This document shows positions 10,488 to 19,652 of a stretch of 32,000 bases of DNA, piece by piece. The DNA comes from Vibrio vulnificus CMCP6 (GTDB lineage Bacteria > Pseudomonadota > Gammaproteobacteria > Enterobacterales > Vibrionaceae). How positions within the stretch are numbered: the stretch's first letter is position 1; every line of letters begins with the position of its first letter. A program made the position numbers and the translations under genes. The notes under the pieces were generated by a model. The model worked only from the letters and a program-made list of their open reading frames with translations. It had not been told where the DNA came from and searched no databases. The stretch covers positions 180,001 through 212,000 of the forward strand of contig NC_004460.2 in assembly GCF_000039765.1 (NCBI RefSeq). Reading direction: 5' to 3'.

Positions 10488-10525
10488 AACCCAGCGGTTC
10501 GTTTTTTATACGCTCTATTTAAGGA

Positions 10526-12013
10526 TTATTTCGAACGTATCAATATCAGCATTGGCATCATGATAACGAACATGACCCCCACGAGCTGGAAGGTATGAAT
10601 GAAGGCCACCATTTGTGATTGTTGATGCAGCATGGTCTGATACTGCTCAAGCGCGGCAGGATCAGTTATAGAGAGCCCTTGCTGCACCGCCCAATCATGC
10701 AGCACCGGATTATAACGATTGATGCCTTCGCCCAACGCATGCCATTGCTGTTGACTGTCGCGATATTGAAAAGTGGTCGCGATGGAGATTCCAAACGAGC
10801 TGCCAATGGTGCGAAACAAATTATAGATACTGGCGCCCGCGACCGATTGCTCTTTGGGTAGTGTCAGATACGCCAATGTGGATAGGGTAGAGAAGGTTAA
10901 TCCCAAACCCATGCCTTGAATCATGCTGGGCATCACGATCCAGAAGGTATCGATTTCCAACGAGTACAAGGTCATCAAGTAGCTACCAATACCGATGCAA
11001 GTTAAGCCGAAGATGATCTTCAATCTAGGGTCAAACTGCGGATTGAGTTTGATCACTAGGATTAACATGGCTGCTGACGCCAACCCTCGCGGAGCCATCA
11101 ACATGCCCGTAGTCGAAACGGGATAGTGCAACAGACTCTCCAACAGCATGGGTTGCTGTGTGGTCAAGCCGAACATCGCCATCGAGACAACCGCAATCAT
11201 CAACGAGGAGACCATGAGGTTTTTGTCTTTCAGCAACCACAGTGGCGCTATCGGGCTTTTGGTTTTCCAACTGCGATAGACCCACATAATCAAGCCAATA
11301 ACGGCAAGTAACGCCGCGGTTTGAATCATGCGTGAGTTAAACCAATCTTCGTCATTGCCTTTATCCAGCACAAATTGAAGCGCGCCAACGCCGAGCGCCA
11401 TATAGCCGATGATCCACCAATCGAAATTCGGCTTTGTTTTGTTGCTGATGTGAATGTAGCGATAAATCAGCGTCGCACATACCAGCCCAAAGGGAAGGTT
11501 GACGTAGAAAATCCAACGCCAGTTGATGTTATCGGTAATGATTCCGCCCACGACTGGCCCGAGAATCGGCCCCAACAAAATACCGATGGAGAAAATTGCC
11601 ATCGCTTTGCCTTTTTGCTCAGAAGGGTAGATCTGCACCAGCATCGATTGTGCGAGTGGGATGACCGATGCACCAAACGCACCTTGAATGATGCGAAAGA
11701 GCACCATTTCTTCGAGTGAGGTAGCTTGGCCACATAGGGCGCTCGCAATCACAAAGCCAATCACCGCCACCAGCATCACTTTGCGTTCACCAAAGCGAGA
11801 GACCCAGAAACTGGTCATCGGGATGAAGATCGCCTCCGCCATGCTGTAGCCTGTCAGCACCCAAGTGATTTGGTCTGCGGTTGCGCCCAGCGCGCCCATC
11901 ATATGTGAAAGGGAGACGTTGGCCACGGTCATGTCAATCAGCACCATGATGGCAGATAGCATCACGGCGACGGTGGCAATTCCCCGTTTGTCTGCCGTTA
12001 TTTGATTATTCAT
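10526..12013 (-). CDS. emrB: DHA2 family MFS multidrug efflux transporter, EmrB-like
   Basis: AVMLSAIMVLIDMTVANVSLSHMMGALGATADQITWVLTGYSMAEAIFIPMTSFWVSRFGERKVML; GPILGPVVGGIITDNINWRWIFYVNLPFGL. Confidence 0.85.
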   Translation of the reverse strand: MNNQITADKRGIATVAVMLSAIMVLIDMTVANVSLSHMMGALGATADQITWVLTGYSMAEAIFIPMTSFWVSRFGERKVMLVAVIGFVIASALCGQATSLEEMVLFRIIQGAFGASVIPLAQSMLVQIYPSEQKGKAMAIFSIGILLGPILGPVVGGIITDNINWRWIFYVNLPFGLVCATLIYRYIHISNKTKPNFDWWIIGYMALGVGALQFVLDKGNDEDWFNSRMIQTAALLAVIGLIMWVYRSWKTKSPIAPLWLLKDKNLMVSSLMIAVVSMAMFGLTTQQPMLLESLLHYPVSTTGMLMAPRGLASAAMLILVIKLNPQFDPRLKIIFGLTCIGIGSYLMTLYSLEIDTFWIVMPSMIQGMGLGLTFSTLSTLAYLTLPKEQSVAGASIYNLFRTIGSSFGISIATTFQYRDSQQQWHALGEGINRYNPVLHDWAVQQGLSITDPAALEQYQTMLHQQSQMVAFIHTFQLVGVMFVIMMPMLILIRSK

Positions 12014-12023
12014 CGCTCAGCAC

Positions 12024-13049
12024 TCAAAGTGGGTGACTTTGCAAATCAACCGTTACTTCAGTACTGGCTCCCACGCGTAATTGAGGGGCGTCTTTTGGCA
12101 CGTCAAGCGCCAAACGAACAGGGAAGCGCTGCTTGATTTTGACCCAGTTACCCGTTGCGTTTTCAGGTGGCATCAAAGAGAAAGAAGTCCCGCTGGCTGG
12201 AGAAAGTTCTTCGACCGTTGCTTTCCAAACCCGATCTGGATACATGTCGATCACCACTTCTGCCTCCATGCCGGGTTTAATATGGGTAAGGTCCGTTTCT
12301 TTGAAGGCGGCGCGTACCCAATAGCTGTCTTTGATGATCACCGGAAACAGCGTTTGACCCACAGCCACCACAGAGCCCACATGCGTGTTGATTTCGCCAG
12401 CGATCCCATCCACAGGCGAGGTGATGTCGGTATAGCTCAGGTTTAACTCGGCTTGAGCCAATTGAGCGGCCGCTTGCTGAACCACTGCGGCTTCAGCCCC
12501 TTCTTCACCACGGTTCGCAATTGCTTTTTCGACCGATGCCCGCGCTTGTTCTAGGCTGGCTTGAGCATTAGCCAGTTTGTTCTTAGCGGTATCGAGATCT
12601 TGAGCAGAAGTCAATTTACGCGTCACGAGAGAATCAATACGTTTGTATTCCAACTGAGCTTCCGTCAAATTGGAGCGCGCTGCGTCTAATCCTGCGACTG
12701 CTTCCGTCACTTGTTTGTCCGCGACATCGTGTTGCTGAACGGCTAACTGATACGCTGCTTTCGCCTGTTTGACGGCCAATAAGTAAGGGCGGGCGTCAAT
12801 TTTTAGCAGCAAATCGCCTTTATTCACGGCTTGGAAATCTTTCGCTTCCACAGCAACCACTTGGCCTTGTACTTGAGGAGCAACCGAGAGGATCTTCGCT
12901 CGAACGTAAGCATCTTCGGTGCTCGGATGGCTATCGGAATATTGCCAAGAAAGGTACATCGCGCCAAAGGCAATGGCGCAAGCAGCAAGAAAAAGGGTTT
13001 TGGTCAATTTGGATTTTGATTTGCTTTTGTTCGCGATAGTGTCGCTCAT
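12024..13049 (-). CDS. emrA: HlyD/EmrA-like periplasmic adaptor subunit
   Basis: VAPQVQGQVVAVEAKDFQAVNKGDLLLKIDARPYLLAV...LNLSYTDITSPVDGIAGEINTHVGSVVAVGQTLFPVI; sits 10 bp upstream of the transporter on the same strand. Confidence 0.87.
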   Translation of the reverse strand: MSDTIANKSKSKSKLTKTLFLAACAIAFGAMYLSWQYSDSHPSTEDAYVRAKILSVAPQVQGQVVAVEAKDFQAVNKGDLLLKIDARPYLLAVKQAKAAYQLAVQQHDVADKQVTEAVAGLDAARSNLTEAQLEYKRIDSLVTRKLTSAQDLDTAKNKLANAQASLEQARASVEKAIANRGEEGAEAAVVQQAAAQLAQAELNLSYTDITSPVDGIAGEINTHVGSVVAVGQTLFPVIIKDSYWVRAAFKETDLTHIKPGMEAEVVIDMYPDRVWKATVEELSPASGTSFSLMPPENATGNWVKIKQRFPVRLALDVPKDAPQLRVGASTEVTVDLQSHPL

Positions 13050-13295
13050 TATATTGTCCAAGTGGTAAATTTTGTGATCAGTGTAGGATTTTCCCACTCT
13101 CGAACAACCGAATGATCTGCAAGGTTAAGATCCAATTTTGAATGTTGCTAATGTGTTTGAAAGATGCGCAAGAAAAGTAAGCAATCGCAGTGATTAATGG
13201 TGACCCAAAGCATTACTGTTCGTGATAGGTAAAAGTGCGAGGATGTATTTTAACTGATTGAAATAAAGGCGAATATGAGTATCCGCCATACTAAT

Positions 13296-13649
13296 TCAAG
13301 ATTGATACTGATGCTCCCAGCAGATCAACTCGCCGAACTTCTTATCGAGCTCCAGTTCGGTTAGGCGACAATAAAAGGTACTGCCCGGGCGATCTTCGTG
13401 GTGTCGGCAAGTACGGCAAATACCAAAGCTTTGTGTTTCATTTTTGGCCTGCATCTGAGCCAGCATTTTCTTCAAATAACCGACGCTGTCCGGAGAGGCA
13501 GCTTCCAATTCACTAAGTGGCTCCAAGTAACGCGCTGGCGGTGTCAGCTTTTCGATTAAGCGCTTTCCGACAAGCGCAGGGTGGTTGATGTGAATGCAAC
13601 ACTTAATCTCATCACTATATGATTTGAAAAAAAGCATTAATCGAATCAT
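13296..13649 (-). CDS. Hypothetical protein with a C-terminal Cys/His-rich putative metal-binding segment
   Basis: C-terminus FGICRTCRHHEDRPGSTFYCRLTELELDKKFGELICWEHQYQS. Confidence 0.6.
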   Translation of the reverse strand: MIRLMLFFKSYSDEIKCCIHINHPALVGKRLIEKLTPPARYLEPLSELEAASPDSVGYLKKMLAQMQAKNETQSFGICRTCRHHEDRPGSTFYCRLTELELDKKFGELICWEHQYQS

Positions 13650-13692
13650 AATGTGATTCGAATATGTAGGGTTTTCGAATCAAGGAGCCGTT

Positions 13693-14811
13693 ATGTGGAT
13701 CTGGCAACAGGCGTCATGGCCTGAATTTGAGTGGGACAGAAGTGTGATTGAGCCGCTTGTGAGAACCACGCGCCTTAATCAAGGTATCTTGTTAGGGAAA
13801 ATGCTTTGTCAGCCACTTGATCAAACCCAAAATATGCTGGATACCTTGCTCGCCAACATTGTGCACTCTAGCGCGATAGAAGGGGAAAAACTCAACGCCT
13901 TTTCTGTGCGCTCTTCACTTGCGAACAAATTGGGCATCAGTGAAGAGAATCCGTTCCCAACAACGAAACAGACCGATGGTCTGGCAGAGATCATGCTCGA
14001 CGCGGTCGATAACCTCGAGGTTCCACTCACTTTAGAGCGCGTCTTGCACTGGCATGCCTTGTTATTCCCCCAAGGATACACGCTGTTCAATCCTGTTATT
14101 GGTGGGCAGTTAAGAAGCGAAACGCCCATGCAAGTGGTATCTGGACGGATAGACAAACCCGTTGTCCATTTTGAAGCGCCAGACAGAGCTTGCTTAGACG
14201 CTGAACTGAGCACGTTTATACAGTGGTTTAACGATTCAAAGACGGATACCTCACTCGATCCTCTATTAAGAGCCGCAATCACCCACCTTTGGTTTGTCAC
14301 ACTACACCCATTGGATGATGGCAATGGTCGTATTACTCGAGTGCTGACTGATCTCGCACTGGCACAAGCAGAGCACCAATCCGTGCGCTTTTACGCCATG
14401 TCGGTAGCGATTCTTGCTAATCGAAAAAGCTATTACGAGATCTTAGAGCAAACGCAAAAAGGGGATTTGGACATCACCGCGTGGCTACGTTGGTTTTTAG
14501 ACACGCTGAATGAAACCTTTGATGTTGCGTTAAAAGAGATTGAACAAACGGTATTTAAAACCAATTACTGGCGACACATAGACCAAACGCGGTTGTTGAG
14601 TGAACAAACCAAAGTGCTTAATCGAATGCTCGATGGTGATTTCCCTGAGGGGATCAACACATCCCAATACCACAAGGTTGCGAAAGTGAGTAAGCCCACC
14701 GCCACAAGGCATTTGGCCGCGCTTGCTGAGCTTGGCTGCCTGATTAAATCTGACGCTGGTGGCCGGAGCACACGTTATCACTTGCCAAAGATTGGCGACC
14801 AAACGGCGTGA
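13693..14811 (+). CDS. Fic family protein (DUF4172-type N-terminus)
   Basis: Fic motif HPLDDGNGRITR, N-terminal MWIWQQASWPEFEWD, SSAIEGEKL inhibitory-type motif, and a C-terminal winged-HTH-like segment VAKVSKPTATRHLAALAELGCL. Confidence 0.9.
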   Translation: MWIWQQASWPEFEWDRSVIEPLVRTTRLNQGILLGKMLCQPLDQTQNMLDTLLANIVHSSAIEGEKLNAFSVRSSLANKLGISEENPFPTTKQTDGLAEIMLDAVDNLEVPLTLERVLHWHALLFPQGYTLFNPVIGGQLRSETPMQVVSGRIDKPVVHFEAPDRACLDAELSTFIQWFNDSKTDTSLDPLLRAAITHLWFVTLHPLDDGNGRITRVLTDLALAQAEHQSVRFYAMSVAILANRKSYYEILEQTQKGDLDITAWLRWFLDTLNETFDVALKEIEQTVFKTNYWRHIDQTRLLSEQTKVLNRMLDGDFPEGINTSQYHKVAKVSKPTATRHLAALAELGCLIKSDAGGRSTRYHLPKIGDQTA

Positions 14812-14857
14812 TTCACGAAGAGATCGACCATAGCCGAAAAAATCGTTCACACAGCGG

Positions 14858-15775
14858 TTAGCTTGAACTGAATGTTTCTTGCATCGGTTTAAGCTTCTCA
14901 AGCAAAAAGTCCAAAAACACACGCAGGTGAGGTTTGGGGTATTGTGTGTTTTTGTAGATAGCGAAGATCTCACCACTGCCTAGCTCACCGTGTGTTGCCG
15001 TCCAGGACGGCAGCAATTCCACTAACTGCCCACTTTCCAGATAGGGTTTGAGCATCCACTTCGACAACAGAAGTACGCCAGTACCTTGCAGCGCTGCACA
15101 TAAAAGAGGAGAGCCGCCTTTTGAAATTAAATTGCCAGCGACCATGAGTTTTCTAGTGGTCGATTTTTGGCGGAAGTACCAATAATTCCGCTGCCGTTCG
15201 TGACTTATCAATAGACAATTGTGCTGCTGCAAATCTTCTGGTTTTGTTATAGGGGAGTGAGTATTTATATATGCAGGCGAAGCAACCAACGCGGTGTAAT
15301 TGGTTAGCAAGTGCCGAGCTTTCAGTCGGCTGTCTTGTGGGGTGCCAATACGGATCGCCATATCGACATTGTCGCTGTTTAAATCCACAAGTTTGTTATC
15401 CAGCTCAAGTTCAATTTGTATCTTGGGGTAGCGCTCGAGGAACTCTGGAATTAATGGAGTGAGGCATAAATTGCCGAAGCTTTCGAATACCGAGATTCTC
15501 AGTATTCCTTCAGGCACACCATGATTTCCTCTCATTTCCGCCAATAAGTTATCGCTGTCGCGCAGGATCTTGCTCGATTGCTGATAAAAATATTGCCCTT
15601 CCTCGGTCAAAATCAACTGACGCGTGCTGCGTTTAAACAGTGTCGTTTTGATTCTGTTTTCGAGGCTATCAATATTTCTTGCCACCGACGAGGGGGCCAT
15701 ATTTAGCGCTCTTCCTGCCTGAGAAAAACTGCCAGATTCGACCACCTGATCAAACACTTTGAGTAACTCTAGCAC
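14858..15775 (-). CDS. LysR family transcriptional regulator
   Basis: MLELLKVFDQVVESGSFSQAGRALNMAPSSVARNIDSLENRIKTTLFKRSTRQLILTEEGQYFYQ. Confidence 0.93.
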   Translation of the reverse strand: MLELLKVFDQVVESGSFSQAGRALNMAPSSVARNIDSLENRIKTTLFKRSTRQLILTEEGQYFYQQSSKILRDSDNLLAEMRGNHGVPEGILRISVFESFGNLCLTPLIPEFLERYPKIQIELELDNKLVDLNSDNVDMAIRIGTPQDSRLKARHLLTNYTALVASPAYINTHSPITKPEDLQQHNCLLISHERQRNYWYFRQKSTTRKLMVAGNLISKGGSPLLCAALQGTGVLLLSKWMLKPYLESGQLVELLPSWTATHGELGSGEIFAIYKNTQYPKPHLRVFLDFLLEKLKPMQETFSSS

Positions 15776-15901
15776 GTGTTTACCTTTGCGTTTTATGCAT
15801 AACTGATTGAGATTTTATACTCATTCCACCGCAATATCGAATTCTGCACAATAACCCCATCGCACTAAGGCGGTATTTATCACTGAAATAAGGATGGGAA
15901 A

Positions 15902-16339
15902 ATGGCCAAACGTATCAATCTTGCTCAAGTACAACCTCAAGCGTTAACGGCAATGTTAGGAATAGAAAACTACCTTGCGGATACCGCATTATCTACTGAG
16001 CTTAAAGAGCTCATCAAAATTCGAGCGTCAATGATCAACGGGTGTGCTTACTGTATTCAGATGCACACCACCGAGGCTCTGAAAAACGGGATCGCTCAGC
16101 AAAAGCTGTTTGCATTGTCTGCATGGAAAGAGTCGCCACTGTTTGATGAGGCAGAGCGAGCAGTGCTTCACCTAACAGATGACATGACAAAAATTGCCGA
16201 TGCTGGCGTATCAGATAGCGTCTATCAGATCTGCCTTGAGTTACTTGGAGAAGAGCGCTTAGCTCAAGCAATGATGCAGATCATCATGATCAACGCGTGG
16301 AATCGATTTGCGCTTGCCACCGCGATGATGCATGAATAA
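15902..16339 (+). CDS. Carboxymuconolactone decarboxylase / AhpD-like protein
   Basis: LIKIRASMINGCAYCIQMHTTEALKNG (CxxC...H motif), divergent from the LysR gene. Confidence 0.9.
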   Translation: MAKRINLAQVQPQALTAMLGIENYLADTALSTELKELIKIRASMINGCAYCIQMHTTEALKNGIAQQKLFALSAWKESPLFDEAERAVLHLTDDMTKIADAGVSDSVYQICLELLGEERLAQAMMQIIMINAWNRFALATAMMHE

Positions 16340-16558
16340 CCCGTAAGTGCTTCGTGGCCCAATGTATCGGAGGAATTCAGCAACATTGGGCCGCTTTACC
16401 CTGTTACCTGCTGCTCTTATCTTGTACAAACCTACGAGCGATAAATCGAAAAACAACCTTTATTCTGTCGTGCTGCGCTCAATTTTAACGCCGAATAAAA
16501 CCGTGTGTTTTCAGCGCTGATATACTCCTTGCAGGATGAAAAAGAATAGGTGAAAAGC

Positions 16559-16819
16559 ATGTCCAAAACCGCGAAGCTGAATAACGAAGAAAAGTTAGTG
16601 AAAAAGGCCTTAGAGATAGGCGGTAAGATGGCCAAAATGCAGGGCTTCGATTTACCTCAATCACCTCAACCCGTGCGTGTAAAAGCCGTCTACCTATTCT
16701 TGGTGGATGCCAAGCAAATCGCTCCGTTACCCGACAGCAAGCTCGATGGCGCAAACATCAAGCACCGCCTAGCACTCTGGATTCACGCCGCGTTGCCGGA
16801 TAACGATCCGCTGAAGTAA
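16559..16819 (+). CDS. Hypothetical protein, 86 aa
   Basis: MSKTAKLNNEEKLVKKALEIGGKMAKMQGFDLPQSPQ...; ATG at 16559, in frame with the listed ORF. Confidence 0.55.
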   Translation: MSKTAKLNNEEKLVKKALEIGGKMAKMQGFDLPQSPQPVRVKAVYLFLVDAKQIAPLPDSKLDGANIKHRLALWIHAALPDNDPLK

Positions 16820-16941
16820 CTCGTTACTAAAATCGCTGAGTATTGGCCATTTTTGGGGTCAATAGTAATAAACAGTGGTAATTGAAATTTGAGCACTTAG
16901 AATGCGCACACTAAAAGTGATAACTGATGTAGAGTGATTTT

Positions 16942-17400
16942 ATGCTTCGTGATTACACCTTCGATTGTCTTGTCTCCATGCCTCGTCATGAACTGGAAGA
17001 GTTCAGTGTGCGCATGATCAGTAAAATGGTACCTGAAGACGTGATGAGCGAACTGTTTACTTTTGATCAAGAAGAAGTGGATAGTGAAGACCGCATGTTG
17101 TCGGCGCGCCTTGATGCCATGTTGCGTATGACGGCAATCGCACTGAGTGAAATTCAGCAAGCGTTTGATGATTCAGAAAACGCCAAACAAAACAGTGAGC
17201 GTATGACTCGCCTTGTGCTTTGGCATTTCTACGCCATCTCATTTCGTTTGGAAGAAGCGATCACGCTTGAAGCGCACTGCGCACAAGTGGAAAAACTGCT
17301 CGAAAACACCCCCAACGATGTGTTTGCTTGGGTCAAAACACTGACCGAACTGCTGCACACGTATGCGGAAATCAACGCCAAAGAGAACCCAGAAGCGTAA
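16942..17400 (+). CDS. Hypothetical protein, 152 aa
   Basis: Long ORF ending just upstream of a rho-independent terminator. Confidence 0.65.
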   Translation: MLRDYTFDCLVSMPRHELEEFSVRMISKMVPEDVMSELFTFDQEEVDSEDRMLSARLDAMLRMTAIALSEIQQAFDDSENAKQNSERMTRLVLWHFYAISFRLEEAITLEAHCAQVEKLLENTPNDVFAWVKTLTELLHTYAEINAKENPEA

Positions 17401-17426
17401 TAATGATTCGGTGTTAATAGGGTATA

Positions 17427-17466
17427 AAACAAAAGGCGATCCATTGAGTTCGCCTTTTGTTTTTTC
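17427..17466 (+). terminator. Rho-independent terminator
   Basis: AAACAAAAGGCGA...TCGCCTTTTGTTTTTT. Confidence 0.85.
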
Positions 17467-17589
17467 GGCTTTTTCGTTTACGTGAATCAGTCTGTTATTT
17501 GTGAATGAACGCATTGATTTGAAATTGTGTTGTGAATGAAAAGTCGGCACCATGGCAAGCTTGTTTTGGGCGTGAAAAAGGGAGAAAAC

Positions 17590-18336
17590 ATGAACGCAGC
17601 GATCACGATAAGTTTGGCGCAAATTCCAGTGGTAAGAGGGGATCTCCCAAGCAACCTTGCACAGCACATTTATATGATTGAACGTTCTGCAGAGCACGAT
17701 GCCGATGTGGTGGTGTTTCCAGAACTTTCCCTCACTGGCTATGAGCTCGATTTAGCCAACGAGTTGGCGCTGTTGCCTGAGGCGGAAAGCATTCAGTCGT
17801 TGTCTCAAGCGAGCGTTGAACATCACGTCATCGTGATTGCCGGTTGCCCATTACGCCATGATGACGCTGCAAAGCCGACAATCGGTGCGGTGATCTGCTT
17901 TCCAGATGGCAGGGTGGAATATTATGACAAGCAATATTTGCACGAAGGTGAGGCGCAGTTTTGCTCGTCAGGCTCGTCGGATTACGTTTTTAACGTCAAA
18001 GAGCAGCAAATCGCCTTGGCAATTTGTGCGGATTTTACTCATGCAGAACACGCCCAAAGAGCAAAAGCACTGGGTGCTGACCTTTACCTCGTCAGTGCGC
18101 TGATCTCTGAAAATGGCTATGAGACGGATGCCAAAATCCTCTCTGATATTGCTTCAGAGCACGCTTTTCCTGTCTTATTGAGCAACCATATTTCACCGAC
18201 CGGCGGCTGGGTAACTTGTGGCAAAAGTTCTATCTGGAATGCCCAAGGCAAGCGCCTGACAGAAGCCGATTCAAAAGAAGCGGGTCTTATTTTATGCACC
18301 ATTTCCGGTGGTGATATTACCGTTAGAAACGCCTAA
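17590..18336 (+). CDS. Carbon-nitrogen hydrolase (nitrilase superfamily)
   Basis: Catalytic-type motifs VVFPELSLTGYE (Glu), YYDKQYLHEGE (Lys) and ALAICADFTH (Cys). ATG at 17590 follows GGGAGAAAAC. Confidence 0.9.
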   Translation: MNAAITISLAQIPVVRGDLPSNLAQHIYMIERSAEHDADVVVFPELSLTGYELDLANELALLPEAESIQSLSQASVEHHVIVIAGCPLRHDDAAKPTIGAVICFPDGRVEYYDKQYLHEGEAQFCSSGSSDYVFNVKEQQIALAICADFTHAEHAQRAKALGADLYLVSALISENGYETDAKILSDIASEHAFPVLLSNHISPTGGWVTCGKSSIWNAQGKRLTEADSKEAGLILCTISGGDITVRNA

Positions 18337-18451
18337 AGAGCGATACCGAAATGTCGATAACGGGTGGCTAAACAGAAGGGAACTCGATACCGTTTGAGCA
18401 ATCGCAAACTGACAGTAGCAACGAAAATGCACTGAAACATCGAGCCACATC

Positions 18452-18631
18452 GCTTGTCGTCGTTCTCGCGCACGCGGGAATCCATTCATCTGCGCCCACC
18501 GTATGCTGCGTTTGCAAGTGCATCACCCGCAATAGCGCAAATCGACAGCAAGATGTCAACGCAGCGGTAATACAGACCTGTGGCACTTGTTGTACGATGG
18601 TTCCCCGCATTCGCGAGGATGACGAGCGAAG
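18452..18631. repeat. Bipartite inverted repeat, REP/ERIC-like intergenic element
   Basis: Left arm GTCGTTCTCGCGCACGCGGGAATCCAT (near 18457-18485) and right arm ATGGTTCCCCGCATTCGCGAGGATGAC (18597-18623) are imperfect inverted copies separated by about 110 bp. Confidence 0.65.
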
Positions 18632-18835
18632 TTAGGAGCGAAATGTTAACGGTACCGAGGAATCATCAATGCAAAGCAATGTGGCAACGTTTAAGACGGG
18701 TTCGATCATTTGTGGATTACATTTCGCCGCTTCCGTTCGGTGGTCATAGGCGACAAAAGGGCTGCATAATTAGGATCAGCGATATCGCTTCAGATTTACA
18801 CTTAATACCTCTCACAACGCAACAAGGGAAATCAC

Positions 18836-19600
18836 ATGCAGGAGCAAGACAGAGGGCTCGATAAACGGGGCTTTATTCTCAATGCCTATTCGCCAACACA
18901 CATCCAGCCTGAATTCAAAACGGTTGTCGATGCGGTGGTGGCAGAATTGTTGTCTCAGATTCCTGATCAAATTGATGGCATCTATATTTATGGCAGTGTC
19001 GCGAGAGGGAATGCCGTAGCGGGACACTCCGATCTCGATATTTCCATCGTGCTTAAAACACCCATTAGTCATGCTCAACGTGCGATCTTCCAAACGATTT
19101 CGGCGGCCATTGCCAAAACGTATTCGCAAGTGAGTAAACTCGATATCGATCCTGGATACCTAAATGACATCCTCACGCCACAAGAAAAGTACCACTGGCA
19201 ATTTTGGTTAAAGCATTGCTGTTGCTGCATTTGGGGGAACGATTTGTCGGTTCAGTTTCCACCCTACAAACCCAGCCTCGAGATTGCGCTCGCGTTAAAT
19301 GGCGACTTACCGCATTTTTTACAACAAATGGCCCCAAGTTTTGCGGATATGAGCGAAGCAAACATCGCAAAAGTGCTCGGTAAGAAATTGGTGCGTGCCG
19401 CGTATTACTTCGTGGCGGAGAACGACGGAAGCTGGTACACCGACTTATCGCTGTGCATACGAGTGGCGAAAGAACATTATCCAAATCAAAGTGACGATCT
19501 AGAGTTGGCCTATCAATTCGCGCTGGGGAATCTGACTTCAAAAAGTGACGCATTCGCGCTCTATCGTCGTCTTAGCCAAGCCATTATGCCTTGCCAATAA
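18836..19600 (+). CDS. Nucleotidyltransferase-domain protein
   Basis: GIYIYGSVARGNAVAGHSDLDISIVL matches the GS-x(n)-DxD nucleotidyltransferase fold signature. Confidence 0.82.
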   Translation: MQEQDRGLDKRGFILNAYSPTHIQPEFKTVVDAVVAELLSQIPDQIDGIYIYGSVARGNAVAGHSDLDISIVLKTPISHAQRAIFQTISAAIAKTYSQVSKLDIDPGYLNDILTPQEKYHWQFWLKHCCCCIWGNDLSVQFPPYKPSLEIALALNGDLPHFLQQMAPSFADMSEANIAKVLGKKLVRAAYYFVAENDGSWYTDLSLCIRVAKEHYPNQSDDLELAYQFALGNLTSKSDAFALYRRLSQAIMPCQ

Positions 19601-19603
19601 AAC

Positions 19604-19630
19604 AAAAAGCCCACGAGCTACCGCGGGCTA
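19604..19630. terminator. Terminator hairpin between convergent genes
   Basis: AAAAAGCCCACGAGCTACCGCGGGCT. Confidence 0.6.
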
Positions 19631-19652
19631 AACAATGTGTTTTAATACGATT

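Noticed and set aside
14530-14976. ORF 14530..14976 (-), 148 aa, between Fic and LysR genes
   Set aside because: Overlaps the Fic coding region antisense and the LysR gene 3' end; no domain and unlikely composition.
18368-18864. ORFs 18368..18610 (-) and 18580..18864 (+)
   Set aside because: Translations such as WFPAFARMTSEVRSEM and WIPACARTTTSD are typical artefacts of the inverted-repeat element rather than real proteins.
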